Positions 36,215 through 46,258 of a stretch of 64,000 nucleotides of DNA are shown here, piece by piece. The number at the start of each line of letters is the position of its first letter. Positions within the stretch are counted from its first letter, which is position 1. The translations under genes were made by a program, and so were the position numbers. The notes under the pieces were generated by a model. The model saw only the letters and a program-made list of their open reading frames with translations. It did not search any database and had not been told where the DNA came from. Source of the DNA: Candidatus Bathyarchaeota archaeon. GTDB lineage: Archaea > Thermoproteota > Bathyarchaeia > TCS64. The stretch spans positions 1 through 64,000 of the forward strand of contig JBDRQD010000057.1 of assembly GCA_043826455.1 (NCBI GenBank), read 5' to 3'.

Positions 36215-39058
36215 CTATTTGTTGTCCCAGTACTGTCTTGTCTTCATGTACTGTATCTTCGCTTTGAGCAGGTCCTTGTAGAACTCCTCGTCGCTGCGGT
36301 GCATCTTGCTGAGCACCTGGTATGATGTGACTGGGCCGACGCCATAGACCATGAGGGCCTCCACGGCCTTCCTGCCGTAGCTGAGGACCATATCGGCGGT
36401 CTTCCGCCCGTGGACTAGCTGGTCCTGGTCGTCCCCGAAGAGTTCCTCCCCTTCTTTGAAGCGTCGGAGGAGTCCTAGGAAGTGGTCCGGGCTCTGGTGT
36501 CGTCTCATCATGGCGAGGAGGCCGCTGCTGCAGCTGCCGCACCGGGGGTGGTCCTCCATCTCTCTGATCCTTATCCTCTGGTGCCACTCTCCGCAGCTGA
36601 CGCAGGCCAGGTGGACGCTCCGAGACTCTATGTTCTCCTTCATGTACCCTAGCTGGTCCTTGATGGTGGCGTCCGTCGCCATGAGCTCCTCGGCGTCGGC
36701 GTACTTCTCCAGGATGTGGCGGGCCAGGGTGCTAGGCTGAGCCACCAGCCTGGTTGAAACCGCCACTGAGCCGTCCCTGATGCGGGCTAACACCTCCTTC
36801 AAGCCTGGGAGGTCAAGCTTCTCCTGGTATGCTTCACGCAGTGTCTCCTTGTAGATGGGAGTGTCCTTGAACCTGAAGTACAGGTTCTCCAGCCTGTCGG
36901 GGCCCATGATCTTGCCCCGGGGGATGACGCCGAACCTCTCAGCGATGAACTTCATCTTGTAGCCGAAGGGGAACCTGGCCTCCAGGAACTCTGTGAGAAG
37001 CCTGTCAGCGTCCTCCTCGGTGAAGCCTACGAGGATGCTCCTAATCTCATCCAGGTCTTGGTTCTCCAGTTTGTGGGGGGCCTCCACCAGCACCCTGTAG
37101 GGATCGTTCCACCAGTTGTAGATGAGGTCCCGCTGGCTTAGGGCCGCGTCCAGGACGGCTCCCAGGGTCCTGTTGAGGTTCTCGCCCCGGGTGCTGTGGA
37201 TGACCAGGTACCTGTCGTATGCCTCCAGCACCAGGTTGTCTGGGCTCGGTAGGGGCACCCCCGACTTGAGGTGGGCTAGGGACTCGTCCGCGATCTCTTT
37301 GAGGCTGCTCTCGTCGGCGTCCATGGCCCTCGCCATCTCCGGGAGGGCCTCACCTTTCACGGCCTCAGACACTCGTCCACGTAGCCTGCCTCCCTCCTCG
37401 GCCACCTCTCTGGTGACGGGTATTAGCTCGCCGTCCCACCCCGGCAGGGCTCCCAGGGGGTCCGTGCTGGGGAGGGCGTGGAGGACGCCCCTCTCCTCGT
37501 CTATCTGGAGGATTCGCCAGACGCGGCCGCGGAGTATGACGTTGAGGCCGACGCGGGCTCGGAGGCTCCAGAACTCGTCGCCCACTGTGCCCACCACCTC
37601 GTCAGTGACGGCGTTGATGAAGGGGTACCGTCGCTCGTCGTTGATCATCCCCAGGTTCTCGTAGTAGTACTTTCTCCCTTTCCCGGTCTTCCTCAGTTTG
37701 TCATCCATCTTTACTATCACCCCTATCTTATGCATGAAGGTGGTGAGCTCGTCCAGCTCAGCCTCTGAAAGCCCCCGGAACGGGTAGGCCCTCATCACCA
37801 GCTTAAGGGCCTCAGCCTGATCCAAACCCTCCTCGTGGCTGAGGGTGAGGCCCACCAGCTGGTGGGTGAGGACGTCCAGGGGCTTCATGTGGATCATGGT
37901 GGGCTCCAGCTGCTTACGACGCGCCATATCCGAGGCCACCAGGCTCTCAAGAGCATCCTCCCCGTAGGCGGGTATGGTGACTCCCTCGCTGAGCATGCTG
38001 ATCCTGTGGCCTGCCCGTCCTACCCGCTGGATGAGGGCGGAGACCTGGCGGGGGCTCTGGTACTGGATGCAGAGGTCCACATCGCCAACATCGATGCCCA
38101 GCTGGAGGGTGCTGGTACAGACTATAGCCTTGAGCTCGCCCGCCTTGAACTCGTCCTCCACCCTGTGCCTCTGCTCCCTGCTGAGGCTGCCGTGGTGGAC
38201 CTCGACGCCTTTGTCCAGTTGCTTGAGCTTGAAGCCAAGGCTCTCAGCCTGGCCCCGGCCCTGGACGAAGATGAGGGTGCTATTGTGGTCCCGGACCAGC
38301 TGCCTGATCCTGCTGAGCCTGGAGGCCGCCTTGGGGCTGGTGTCCAGCTCGTCGGCCAGGTCGTAGTCTGCCTCCGTGGGCTGGGGGTACTCCACGTTGT
38401 ACAGGTATCTCTTGTCCACTTCCACCTCCACGGCGGTCACCGGGTGGACGCCGCCCAGGAACCGGGCCACCTCCCCGGGGCTGCCCACCGTGGCGCTGAG
38501 ACCGATCCTCTGGAACCGGGCTATCTCCTCAAGCCTCTCCATACCGACGGTGAGCTGGGTACCCCTCTTGCTTCCAGCTAGGTCGTGTATCTCGTCCACT
38601 ATGAGCCAGCGCACAGCCTCCAGGTGCTGCCTCATGGACTTGGTGGGCAGGATGGCCTGGAGGGTCTCAGGGGTGGTTATCAGCATCTGGGGCGGCCTCC
38701 GGCTTTGCTGCCTCCGTTCCCTCTGGGTGGTATCTCCGTGGCGCACCTGCACGGTGATGCCCAGGTGGTCGGCCCAGAACATCATGCGCCTGTGGATGTC
38801 CCGGTTCAGGGCCCGCAGCGGCGTGATGTAGATGATACTGATCCCCTTGGCCGGGGGGGCGCTCAGGTAGCTGTGGAACACTGGTAGGAGCGCCGCCTCC
38901 GTCTTGCCGCTGGCCGTGGGCGCTATGAGGAGGACGTTCTCGCCCCGGGTTATGGGTTCTATGACCTTCTCCTGGGGCGGCGTCGGCTCATCTATGCCCA
39001 GCGCCTGCAGCCCTGACCTGATCCTGGGGTGGAGGCTGTCGAAGACGCTGGGGCTCAT
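36215..39058 (-). CDS. lhr: Lhr-family DEAD/DEAH helicase
   Basis: APTASGKT, YITPLRALNRD, VRHGDT, DEIH, LSAT, HHGSLS, QRVGRAGH and a C-terminal CxxC...CxxC. Confidence 0.94.
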   Translation of the reverse strand: MSPSVFDSLHPRIRSGLQALGIDEPTPPQEKVIEPITRGENVLLIAPTASGKTEAALLPVFHSYLSAPPAKGISIIYITPLRALNRDIHRRMMFWADHLGITVQVRHGDTTQRERRQQSRRPPQMLITTPETLQAILPTKSMRQHLEAVRWLIVDEIHDLAGSKRGTQLTVGMERLEEIARFQRIGLSATVGSPGEVARFLGGVHPVTAVEVEVDKRYLYNVEYPQPTEADYDLADELDTSPKAASRLSRIRQLVRDHNSTLIFVQGRGQAESLGFKLKQLDKGVEVHHGSLSREQRHRVEDEFKAGELKAIVCTSTLQLGIDVGDVDLCIQYQSPRQVSALIQRVGRAGHRISMLSEGVTIPAYGEDALESLVASDMARRKQLEPTMIHMKPLDVLTHQLVGLTLSHEEGLDQAEALKLVMRAYPFRGLSEAELDELTTFMHKIGVIVKMDDKLRKTGKGRKYYYENLGMINDERRYPFINAVTDEVVGTVGDEFWSLRARVGLNVILRGRVWRILQIDEERGVLHALPSTDPLGALPGWDGELIPVTREVAEEGGRLRGRVSEAVKGEALPEMARAMDADESSLKEIADESLAHLKSGVPLPSPDNLVLEAYDRYLVIHSTRGENLNRTLGAVLDAALSQRDLIYNWWNDPYRVLVEAPHKLENQDLDEIRSILVGFTEEDADRLLTEFLEARFPFGYKMKFIAERFGVIPRGKIMGPDRLENLYFRFKDTPIYKETLREAYQEKLDLPGLKEVLARIRDGSVAVSTRLVAQPSTLARHILEKYADAEELMATDATIKDQLGYMKENIESRSVHLACVSCGEWHQRIRIREMEDHPRCGSCSSGLLAMMRRHQSPDHFLGLLRRFKEGEELFGDDQDQLVHGRKTADMVLSYGRKAVEALMVYGVGPVTSYQVLSKMHRSDEEFYKDLLKAKIQYMKTRQYWDNK

Positions 39059-39141
39059 GGGTATGGTGGGGCTTGTGGTGGAAATAAAGGCTACTCACTA
39101 GAGGTTTTTGATTAACTGTGTGGGCCCTGGAGCCAAGGAGA

Positions 39142-39470
39142 AGTCATCTCACTGAAGAAAAAGCATGAACCAAAAGATGAAATTTTATCCGCCTTATCCC
39201 GGCTGGCACAGGATAAGCCACCTGGCGGAACGATACGTGTACCACACCAGCACCGGACACCCAGTGAGGGGGAGGGGGGTAGAGCAAGATAGACCGGAAA
39301 CGGACGCCCCACACCAAAAGGAGCCACAGAACAGGTCCGACGCCGCATGAATCTATGCAAAAACGCTGTCCATACCATACAAAAACACGGCACATTCATC
39401 ACATCAAGCACAGGGCAACGATGGTTGATGTGCAATAAACGTGGGGGTATCACCTATTGGCGAATATTTC
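39142..39470 (+). repeat. Dispersed ~330-nt non-coding element, copy A
   Basis: Collinear conserved blocks shared with the reverse complement of 47547-47863. Confidence 0.88.
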
Positions 39471-39552
39471 TATTATTATAAAAATAAGTGTGCCCGCCCT
39501 GACGAAGCCGACGCCCACGGCACCTAAAAAAAGAAGATAATCAAAACCCTCA

Positions 39553-40515
39553 CTAATATTTTCGGCCGGTGAGGACAGCCACAAAGCTGCTCATCTTGGG
39601 GGTGGCTTTGGTCTTGGCGTACTCTGCGAGGGCTGCGAGGCTGGCCGCCGACGCGGGGAGCACTGATAGGCCCTCCTCTTTCTCTAGGAACCTGCTGAAT
39701 GTGACCATCACCTCGTCGCTGATGAGGGCTCCGTAGCCGTTGCTGTTCCAGAGGGCGTCCAGGGCGCGCTGCCCGTCCAGGCTCCTCCAGTTGACTATTG
39801 GCTCGTTGTGCTCCGTCTCCACGATGCTGGCTGGGTCCAGGTCCCTGATCTTCTTCCGGCCGTCGTTGAAGCTGGTTACCACGGGGCTCCCCCCCTCGGT
39901 GCTGGCCGCCACCATCACCGGCACCTTGTCCGTCTCCCCCCGCCTCCGGAGCACCTTGAAGCCCTGGTGTACGCCGGAGAAGCAGGTGCCGTTGCTCACG
40001 GACACAGATACGGCGTCCGGTGCGTACTCCAGGCGGTCGAATATCTCGTAGGCTATGGTCTCGTAGGCGCGGAGGCTTACCTCGGTGTTCTCCTCGGTGC
40101 CAGGGTTGCCGTTGTACCAGCCGTTCTCCTGGGCCTCCCTGCCGCTCTGCTCCACCAGCTCCTCGTAAGTGCCGGGGGCCCTGTGGATGATTCCGCCCTG
40201 GCGCTCCATCTCCTGGATGCGGGGTGTGTGGTAGCTCTCAGGGATGTAGACGTGGGGTGTTATCTCGAAGATGCGGCTCAGGTGGACTATGCTTGCGCCG
40301 AAGTTGCCGCAGCTGGCCACAGCTATGGTGGTGAAGCCCTTCTCCTGGGCGTGTTTGAGGGTGGCGTAGCTGGCCCTGTCCTTCATCGTGCCCGTGGGAT
40401 TTCCGCCCTCGAATTTTAGGTAGAGTTTACTAAAATCTAGCAATTTCTCAAGGTTTCGTGAACGCGTAAATATGGTATCCCCTATCCCGTGTTCTTTAAA
40501 CTCTTTTGTGAACAA
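39553..40515 (-). CDS. PLP-dependent fold-type II enzyme (threonine synthase-like)
   Basis: LYLKFEGGNPTGTMKDR (PLP lysine), ASCGNFG, VSNGT, VAVLTG. Confidence 0.9.
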   Translation of the reverse strand: MFTKEFKEHGIGDTIFTRSRNLEKLLDFSKLYLKFEGGNPTGTMKDRASYATLKHAQEKGFTTIAVASCGNFGASIVHLSRIFEITPHVYIPESYHTPRIQEMERQGGIIHRAPGTYEELVEQSGREAQENGWYNGNPGTEENTEVSLRAYETIAYEIFDRLEYAPDAVSVSVSNGTCFSGVHQGFKVLRRRGETDKVPVMVAASTEGGSPVVTSFNDGRKKIRDLDPASIVETEHNEPIVNWRSLDGQRALDALWNSNGYGALISDEVMVTFSRFLEKEEGLSVLPASAASLAALAEYAKTKATPKMSSFVAVLTGRKY

Positions 40516-40604
40516 GGTGGCTTATCTATCCTGAATCGAAATAGTAAAAAATATGTTTCACCATATAACGATTTGGAAATCGTAATCATAGCAGGTAGTA
40601 CCGC

Positions 40605-41963
40605 GTGTCAAATATCATAATAAACGCGAGGCAGACGGCCACCGGCTTTGAGATGTTCTTCCGGGGCTCCAAGTATGTGGTGAACTACCCTGACGAGATA
40701 TGGCAGGGCTACCCACAGGAAGCCAAGGACATCCTCTTCGAGAACCTTGTGTACGCCGAGACCGTCCACCTTCCCCTAACTTTCAGGAAGGGAGAGATAA
40801 GGTACAATATATCTCCGCCCTTCTTCCAGACCCAGTTCTTCCAGAACATGGTCATGGACCTTCCCAGCTGCGCCGATGTGGACGGCACATACACCTCGGA
40901 GCTGCTGAAGGAGTTCATGAACCTTAAGATCAGGTTCAAGGACAACGACATCAGGTTCCCCACCTATAGGGAGGAGACCAGGGAGGACAGCTCCGTCGTA
41001 AGCCTCAGCTTCGGTAAGGACAGCCTTCTCACCTGGGCCGTGTGCAGGGAGCTGGGACTGCACCCCCAGGCCAGCTATATAGTTGAGCCTGTGCTCCTCT
41101 ACGAGGAGAAGCACAAGGACGTGTTGGCTAAGGAGTTCCAGAAGGAGTTCGGCGTGGAGCTTCAGAAGATTGAGCACACTGTAGGCCACCTACGCGACGG
41201 GCCTAGGCTGGGCGTCGGCAAGACGGAGATAGGGTGGGGCCTTCAGAGCACCCAGTACGCCATGATGTTGCTGCCTATAGCCCATAAGTTCGGGGCTAGG
41301 TACGTCCTGTTCGGGAACGAGCAGAGCTGTGGCGAGCACTACTATGACCGTGAGGGCTACGTGTGTTACCCAGCCTACGACCAGTGTCACGTCTGGACCA
41401 CCCAGATCGACAGCATAACCAGGCAGATGACGGGCGGAGGCGTGCGTACCATGAGCGTCATAGAGCCGCTTAACGACATCGCCGTTGTGTACATCCTCTA
41501 CAAGCGTTACCCCGAGGTAGCTAAGTACCACATGAGCTGCTTCGTGGAGACGGAGGCCGGCAGGAACACCAGGTGGTGTATGGACTGCAGCGTCTGCACC
41601 AAGATGTATCTCCTCATCAAGGCGTCGGGCTACGACCCCAAGATGGTGGGCCTGACCCGGAACATGCTCACCATGGACATGAGGAACTACTTCAGCCTCT
41701 TCGGCGGCAGCGAGGTCCAGACCTACGCGTTGACGGGCAGGGGCCGCGACGAGCAGCTCTTCGGCTTCTACCTAGCGTGGAGAAACGGTGACAAAAGCCC
41801 CCTAGTGGAGGAGTTCGAGAAGCGGTTCCTGGACGAGGCCCAGGGCCGGGAGGACGAGCTCTACAAAACCTTCTTCGGCATCAATGAGGCCATCACCATG
41901 CCCAAGCACATCAACGACCAGGCTGTGAGCATCTACAAGGAGGCCCTCAGTGATGTCCCGTAA
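40605..41963 (+). CDS. PP-loop ATPase, MurL (UDP-MurNAc-peptide epimerase)-like
   Basis: SLSFGKDS PP-loop, GNEQS, YDQ.H, MSCF...WCMDCSVC. The order of motifs matches the MurL family as recalled. Confidence 0.6.
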   Translation: MSNIIINARQTATGFEMFFRGSKYVVNYPDEIWQGYPQEAKDILFENLVYAETVHLPLTFRKGEIRYNISPPFFQTQFFQNMVMDLPSCADVDGTYTSELLKEFMNLKIRFKDNDIRFPTYREETREDSSVVSLSFGKDSLLTWAVCRELGLHPQASYIVEPVLLYEEKHKDVLAKEFQKEFGVELQKIEHTVGHLRDGPRLGVGKTEIGWGLQSTQYAMMLLPIAHKFGARYVLFGNEQSCGEHYYDREGYVCYPAYDQCHVWTTQIDSITRQMTGGGVRTMSVIEPLNDIAVVYILYKRYPEVAKYHMSCFVETEAGRNTRWCMDCSVCTKMYLLIKASGYDPKMVGLTRNMLTMDMRNYFSLFGGSEVQTYALTGRGRDEQLFGFYLAWRNGDKSPLVEEFEKRFLDEAQGREDELYKTFFGINEAITMPKHINDQAVSIYKEALSDVP

Positions 41964-42963
41964 GCTGCGGGTCGCCTTCTGCTGCAATACCAGGCATGCA
42001 GACGACGAGTTCAACGTGGAGTTCGAGCCCGAGGAGACTATCCACCACGTCAAGAACGGCATAGAGAAGGCGGGCTGGGAGTACCTCCAGATAGAGGCGG
42101 ATGAGGGCTGCTACGAGAACCTGAAGAAGCTGAGGCCCGACTTGGTCTTCAACAGGGCCGAGGGCATCCGAGGTGAGAGCCGGGAGAGCCAGATACCCGC
42201 CTTCTGCGAGATGCTGGGCATCCCATACGTGGGCAGCGGCATCATGGCCAACGCCATCGGCTTGGACAAGCCCACCACCAAGATGATCCTGGAGTACCAT
42301 GGCCTGAAGACGGCTCCCTTCCAGGTGCTCAGCAGGGCCGACGAGAAGCTTCGCAGGGGCCTCAAGTATCCTCTGATACTGAAGCCGAGCCACGAGGGTA
42401 GCAGCATAGGCATCAACTGGGATAACGTAGTCCACGACGAGAAGGCCCTTAGGAAGAAGCTGGCTGAGATGCTGGACACCTACAAACAGCCCATACTCGT
42501 GGAGAAGTTCCTTGACGGCCGCGAGTTCAGCGTGGGCCTGGTGGGCAACTACCTGGACGGAGAGGAGCCCACGGTGCTGCCCATCCTAGAGGTGGACTTC
42601 AGCGGTTTCCCCCCTGAGCTGGGCCGCGTCCTGGGCCAGAAGGCTAAGAGCGTCTTCGACGACAGCAGTAACTACAAGTGCCCGACAAAAATCGATGAGG
42701 CGCTGAGGAAGAGGATAGAGGCCCACGCCAAGGCCAGCTTCAGGGCCCTCAACTGCATGGACTGGGCCAGGATGGACTACAGGCTGGACACCGACGGGGA
42801 GCTCTACTTCCTGGAGGTGAACACGTTGCCCGGCATCGACTATGATGTCGTGCGGGACGAGCTCAGCTTCTACCCCATGATGTGGTACGCCCTGGGCAAG
42901 AAGTACCCTGACATGGTCAGGGGAGTCATATCCGCGGCCATGAGGCGTCACGGCCTCAACTAG
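41950..42963 (+). CDS. ATP-grasp ligase, D-Ala-D-Ala ligase family
   Basis: VFNRAEG, GIPYVGS, LDKPTTK, LKPSHEGSSIGI, EKFLDGREFSVG, ARMDYR, FLEVNTLPG. Confidence 0.92.
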   Translation: MMSRKLRVAFCCNTRHADDEFNVEFEPEETIHHVKNGIEKAGWEYLQIEADEGCYENLKKLRPDLVFNRAEGIRGESRESQIPAFCEMLGIPYVGSGIMANAIGLDKPTTKMILEYHGLKTAPFQVLSRADEKLRRGLKYPLILKPSHEGSSIGINWDNVVHDEKALRKKLAEMLDTYKQPILVEKFLDGREFSVGLVGNYLDGEEPTVLPILEVDFSGFPPELGRVLGQKAKSVFDDSSNYKCPTKIDEALRKRIEAHAKASFRALNCMDWARMDYRLDTDGELYFLEVNTLPGIDYDVVRDELSFYPMMWYALGKKYPDMVRGVISAAMRRHGLN

Positions 42964-42975
42964 GATGAATCATGT

Positions 42976-43578
42976 TTGGACGATGAAACGCTCCCGTTTT
43001 TCGAGGACGCACTGAGGCGGGCGGTGGAGAGGGCTGAGGAGAAGCTGGAGAGGCATGTCAGCATCACCGTCTTCACACACCTGAACGAGAGGATGATGGC
43101 CAAGCTGGAGGCCATCGACCAAGAAAAGTTCAGGCGCGAGCTGTGGTACACCCACGACGAGTTCACGGAGAAGGCCGGGAAGAAGGACTTCATGTGCATA
43201 ACCCTCTCAGTGGAGGGGGACCCCGCGGCCTTCATCTTCGGGTACGACTACGAGGGAGACCCGGCAGCCTACTTCCTGGACGAGCTGGCCACCAAGATAG
43301 AGGGCAAGGGCCTGGGCAAGATACTGATAACGCTGGCGCTCATCTACTGCTATGAGCTGGACTACGGCTCAGTGATCCTGTACACCGAGGAAACCGACCA
43401 GGTTGGAAGGCGCCTCCAGGAGTTCTACGAGCACGTAGGCTTCAAGTACGTCACAACGGACCCCGCCCTGGGCGTCGTCATGAGGTACGACCTAGAGGAG
43501 AATGCCTTGGCGGCCCTCTACAGGCGGGTGATGCACGCCGAGGGAGGCCCCTTCCCGCCCTACCTCAGCAAGATCTGA
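42976..43578 (+). CDS. GNAT-fold acyltransferase
   Basis: YFLDELATKIEGKGLGKILI (acetyl-CoA motif A) and FYEHVGF. Confidence 0.8.
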   Translation: MDDETLPFFEDALRRAVERAEEKLERHVSITVFTHLNERMMAKLEAIDQEKFRRELWYTHDEFTEKAGKKDFMCITLSVEGDPAAFIFGYDYEGDPAAYFLDELATKIEGKGLGKILITLALIYCYELDYGSVILYTEETDQVGRRLQEFYEHVGFKYVTTDPALGVVMRYDLEENALAALYRRVMHAEGGPFPPYLSKI

Positions 43579-44066
43579 ATCTTCTCGGCTGTCACCTCGG
43601 CGGCCACGGCGCAGACCTTGGGACACCCATGGTCTCCGTGGCCCCCGGCGTCTAGGAACGCCTTGTAGTCCTCGGGCTTGTTGAGGTCGAAGCCTCTGCC
43701 GTATATGTGTTGCTGGATGTCGCGGCAGATGGTGGACTCCAGGGGCTTCCTGAACCCGAACTCCTTTTGCAGTCGGGCCTTGAACCCGTCCACTACCTGG
43801 TTGGCGGGCGCCATGGCGTCCCTGTAAGCCTGGGTGTCGGTTATGTCATCCCGGCCCTTGACTAGGCCGAGGGCGAGGAGGCCGCCCAGGAGGGCGCCGC
43901 AGGTCTCGCCGCGTCTGGCCACCCCGCCGCTGAGGGTGGTGGCAGCCTTGAAGCTCATGTGGTCGCCGATGTTGTATGCTTCCTGGAGGGCGAGGAGCAC
44001 CGACTGGCTGCAGCCGCTGTACTTGTCGTACTCCAGAGCCCGCTTTCCTATCTCCTTGGGGTTCAT
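43560..44066 (-). CDS. C_GCAxxG_C_C family redox protein
   Basis: GCSQSVL, TCGALLGG, ICRDI, GCPKVC. Confidence 0.88.
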   Translation of the reverse strand: MNPKEIGKRALEYDKYSGCSQSVLLALQEAYNIGDHMSFKAATTLSGGVARRGETCGALLGGLLALGLVKGRDDITDTQAYRDAMAPANQVVDGFKARLQKEFGFRKPLESTICRDIQQHIYGRGFDLNKPEDYKAFLDAGGHGDHGCPKVCAVAAEVTAEKIQILLR

Positions 44067-44067
44067 A

Positions 44068-45354
44068 TCAGCTCACCAGGTGTAGTTTCTTCTGGCGCCC
44101 CGCCATGAAGACCAGCTTCTCGCCGGTCCACCATGCGTCCTGCTCCAGGCTCATCCTCACCTCCTGGCCGCCCCACTCAGGGACCTGCCTCTTGGCGTTG
44201 AGCTCTATGGCGTAGCAGGTGTCAGGGTATAGGGGGTGGTCGCCGCGGCCGGGGACCCCGTCCTGCTGGTCCCAGAGGCCCACCGGGGGCCCGGCGGCGT
44301 GGCCGTGTACGCCGATGGGGTGGGTGTAGACGCTTGGCTTGATTCCCTCCTTCTTGGCGTTCTCCAGGGTCAGCCTCAGGGTCTCGTTGCCCGTACGGCC
44401 TGTCCTCATGGCCTCCGCGTGGTGGTCCTGGAGTCTGTTGGCGTCTGCCAGGGCGTCCTTGAGGCCCTGGGGGGCATCGGTCTCACCTGGCTTTAGCACA
44501 TAGGCGTTCTGCTGTATGTCCGTGGCTAGGCCCAGGTAGTAGAACCCTATGTCGCAGTGGAGGAGGTCCCCCCGCTTGATGAGGGTGCGCTTCTCCTTGG
44601 CGTCGTAGGCATCCCCGTGGCCCTGGAGGTCCGCGGTGGCTGGGAACCACATCTCTACGCCCAGGTCCAGCATCCGTTGACGCATCCACCACTGGACATC
44701 TTCGGTGGTGGTGACACCGGGTGTGATGATTTTGCTACTGAAGGCCTCCTGGACTATGGCGTGGGTGAGCTCGACTAGGGTGGGGTAGGTCTCCAGCTCC
44801 TCGGGTATGCGTGTCTCCAGCCACCTGACGCACAGGGTCTCAGCCGGTGTGAGCCTTTGGCTGAGGTCGCCCAGGGCATCCACCAGCTGGGTGTGCTCGC
44901 CGTGGGTGAGGCCGTCGCCGAAGGCCCAGGTCTCTGAGACGTTGATGCCTATGGTCTTGGGGTTCCTCTCCCTGATTATCCTGGCCAGGCACTCGTGCTG
45001 GTCCTCCTTCTCCGGGTCCCAGACGCCCTCGTAGAAGTCTCCGAACCCGTACCTGTAGACGGCGAGCCTGTCCACCTTGTCCGGTTTTCTGTGGAGGAGC
45101 AGGATGGTGCGTCTGCGGGCGTAGAGGTTGGGCTCCGGCAGGAGGCTCATGATGACGGGGTCCTCGTTGTACTCCCGGGCTATGATGAGCCACATCTCTA
45201 TGCCGCACTCGTCCATGAGGCGGGGTAGCAGCGTCTCCAGCCGCTTCCTGAGCCAGCCGTTGTATGCTTCCATCCGCTGCCTGAGGGGCAGTATCCTCTG
45301 CCTGTAGCTCTCTGAGCCGGGGTTGGTGTAGGGGGGGTAAAGCTGATCGTCCAT
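44068..45354 (-). CDS. M24 (Xaa-Pro aminopeptidase-like) metallopeptidase
   Basis: AREYNEDP, LHCDIG...TDIQ, THPIGVHGHAAG, AIEL, LEQD. The start is taken at MDDQLY. Confidence 0.9.
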   Translation of the reverse strand: MDDQLYPPYTNPGSESYRQRILPLRQRMEAYNGWLRKRLETLLPRLMDECGIEMWLIIAREYNEDPVIMSLLPEPNLYARRRTILLLHRKPDKVDRLAVYRYGFGDFYEGVWDPEKEDQHECLARIIRERNPKTIGINVSETWAFGDGLTHGEHTQLVDALGDLSQRLTPAETLCVRWLETRIPEELETYPTLVELTHAIVQEAFSSKIITPGVTTTEDVQWWMRQRMLDLGVEMWFPATADLQGHGDAYDAKEKRTLIKRGDLLHCDIGFYYLGLATDIQQNAYVLKPGETDAPQGLKDALADANRLQDHHAEAMRTGRTGNETLRLTLENAKKEGIKPSVYTHPIGVHGHAAGPPVGLWDQQDGVPGRGDHPLYPDTCYAIELNAKRQVPEWGGQEVRMSLEQDAWWTGEKLVFMAGRQKKLHLVS

Positions 45355-45464
45355 GATGGATATGCTGTGTATGAGTAGAAAAAATTTCACAGGAGATGTC
45401 TACTTGCAGGGAGTTCACTTGTTGAAGTGATCAGGTTTAAACGGCGTCATCAGGTGTTCCTGGT

Positions 45465-46253
45465 GTGAAGGTCACCAAGGTTAAGCTGGTCTATTTTTCG
45501 CCCACCGGCACATCTAGGAGGGTGGCTGAGGCTGTTACAGAAGGAATCAGCGTCCACGTGGAGCACGTTGACTTGACTCGTCCAGACGCTGAGGGTAAAA
45601 TGCCCCGCGTCAAGAAAGACGAGCTGGCGGTGATTGCGGCCCCCGTGTACAGCGGCCGCATCCCTGTTGCGGCGGCCGGACGGATCATGAACCTGAATGG
45701 CTGTGGCGGCCCCGCGGTTCTACTCGCTGTTTACGGTAACAGGGCCTATGAGGACGCCCTCCTGGAGCTCAGGGACATCGCTACCGAGCGAGGCTTCAAG
45801 CCTCTAGCTGCGGCTGCCTTCATCGGCGAGCACAGTTACAGCACCGAGAAGAAGCCAGTGGCTGACGGGCGACCGGACGAGGCGGACCTGGAGAAGGCTA
45901 GGGCCTTCGGTGAGAAAGTGAGGAAGAAGCTGGGCTCCATTGAAGATGTACCTGATCTGGCTGTCCCGGGCAACAAACCCTACAGGGAGAGGAGCGCCTC
46001 TGATCCCATTTCCCCGGAGACGGACGCCGGAACCTGTATCCTCTGCGGCATGTGCGCAGATGTGTGCCCCACCGGAGCCGTGACGGTGACCGACGCCGTG
46101 GAGACAGTAAAGGAAGACTGCATCAGGTGCACGGCGTGCGTCAAGGCTTGCCCCACTAGGGCCAGGGCCTGGGCTCACAAGGGCATCGAGAGGGCCGCCA
46201 CGTGGCTGCACACCAACTTCAGCGAAAGAAAAGAGCCTGAGACCTTCCTGTAA
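45465..46253 (+). CDS. Flavodoxin-fold / 4Fe-4S ferredoxin fusion (EFR1-like)
   Basis: YFSPTGTS, VYGNRAYEDALLEL, two CxxCxxCxxxCP motifs. Confidence 0.9.
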   Translation: MKVTKVKLVYFSPTGTSRRVAEAVTEGISVHVEHVDLTRPDAEGKMPRVKKDELAVIAAPVYSGRIPVAAAGRIMNLNGCGGPAVLLAVYGNRAYEDALLELRDIATERGFKPLAAAAFIGEHSYSTEKKPVADGRPDEADLEKARAFGEKVRKKLGSIEDVPDLAVPGNKPYRERSASDPISPETDAGTCILCGMCADVCPTGAVTVTDAVETVKEDCIRCTACVKACPTRARAWAHKGIERAATWLHTNFSERKEPETFL

Positions 46254-46258
46254 GGGGG

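Noticed and set aside
39112..39453. ORFs inside the 330-nt element (also 47630-47893) with similar translated patches
   Set aside because: The similarity jumps between frames and spacer indels do not preserve one frame, so it reflects DNA-level conservation.
39142..39470. Replication origin (ORB repeats)
   Set aside because: G-strings are present, but there is no clear TTCCA-N-TGGAA ORB core and no cdc6/orc1 gene in the window.
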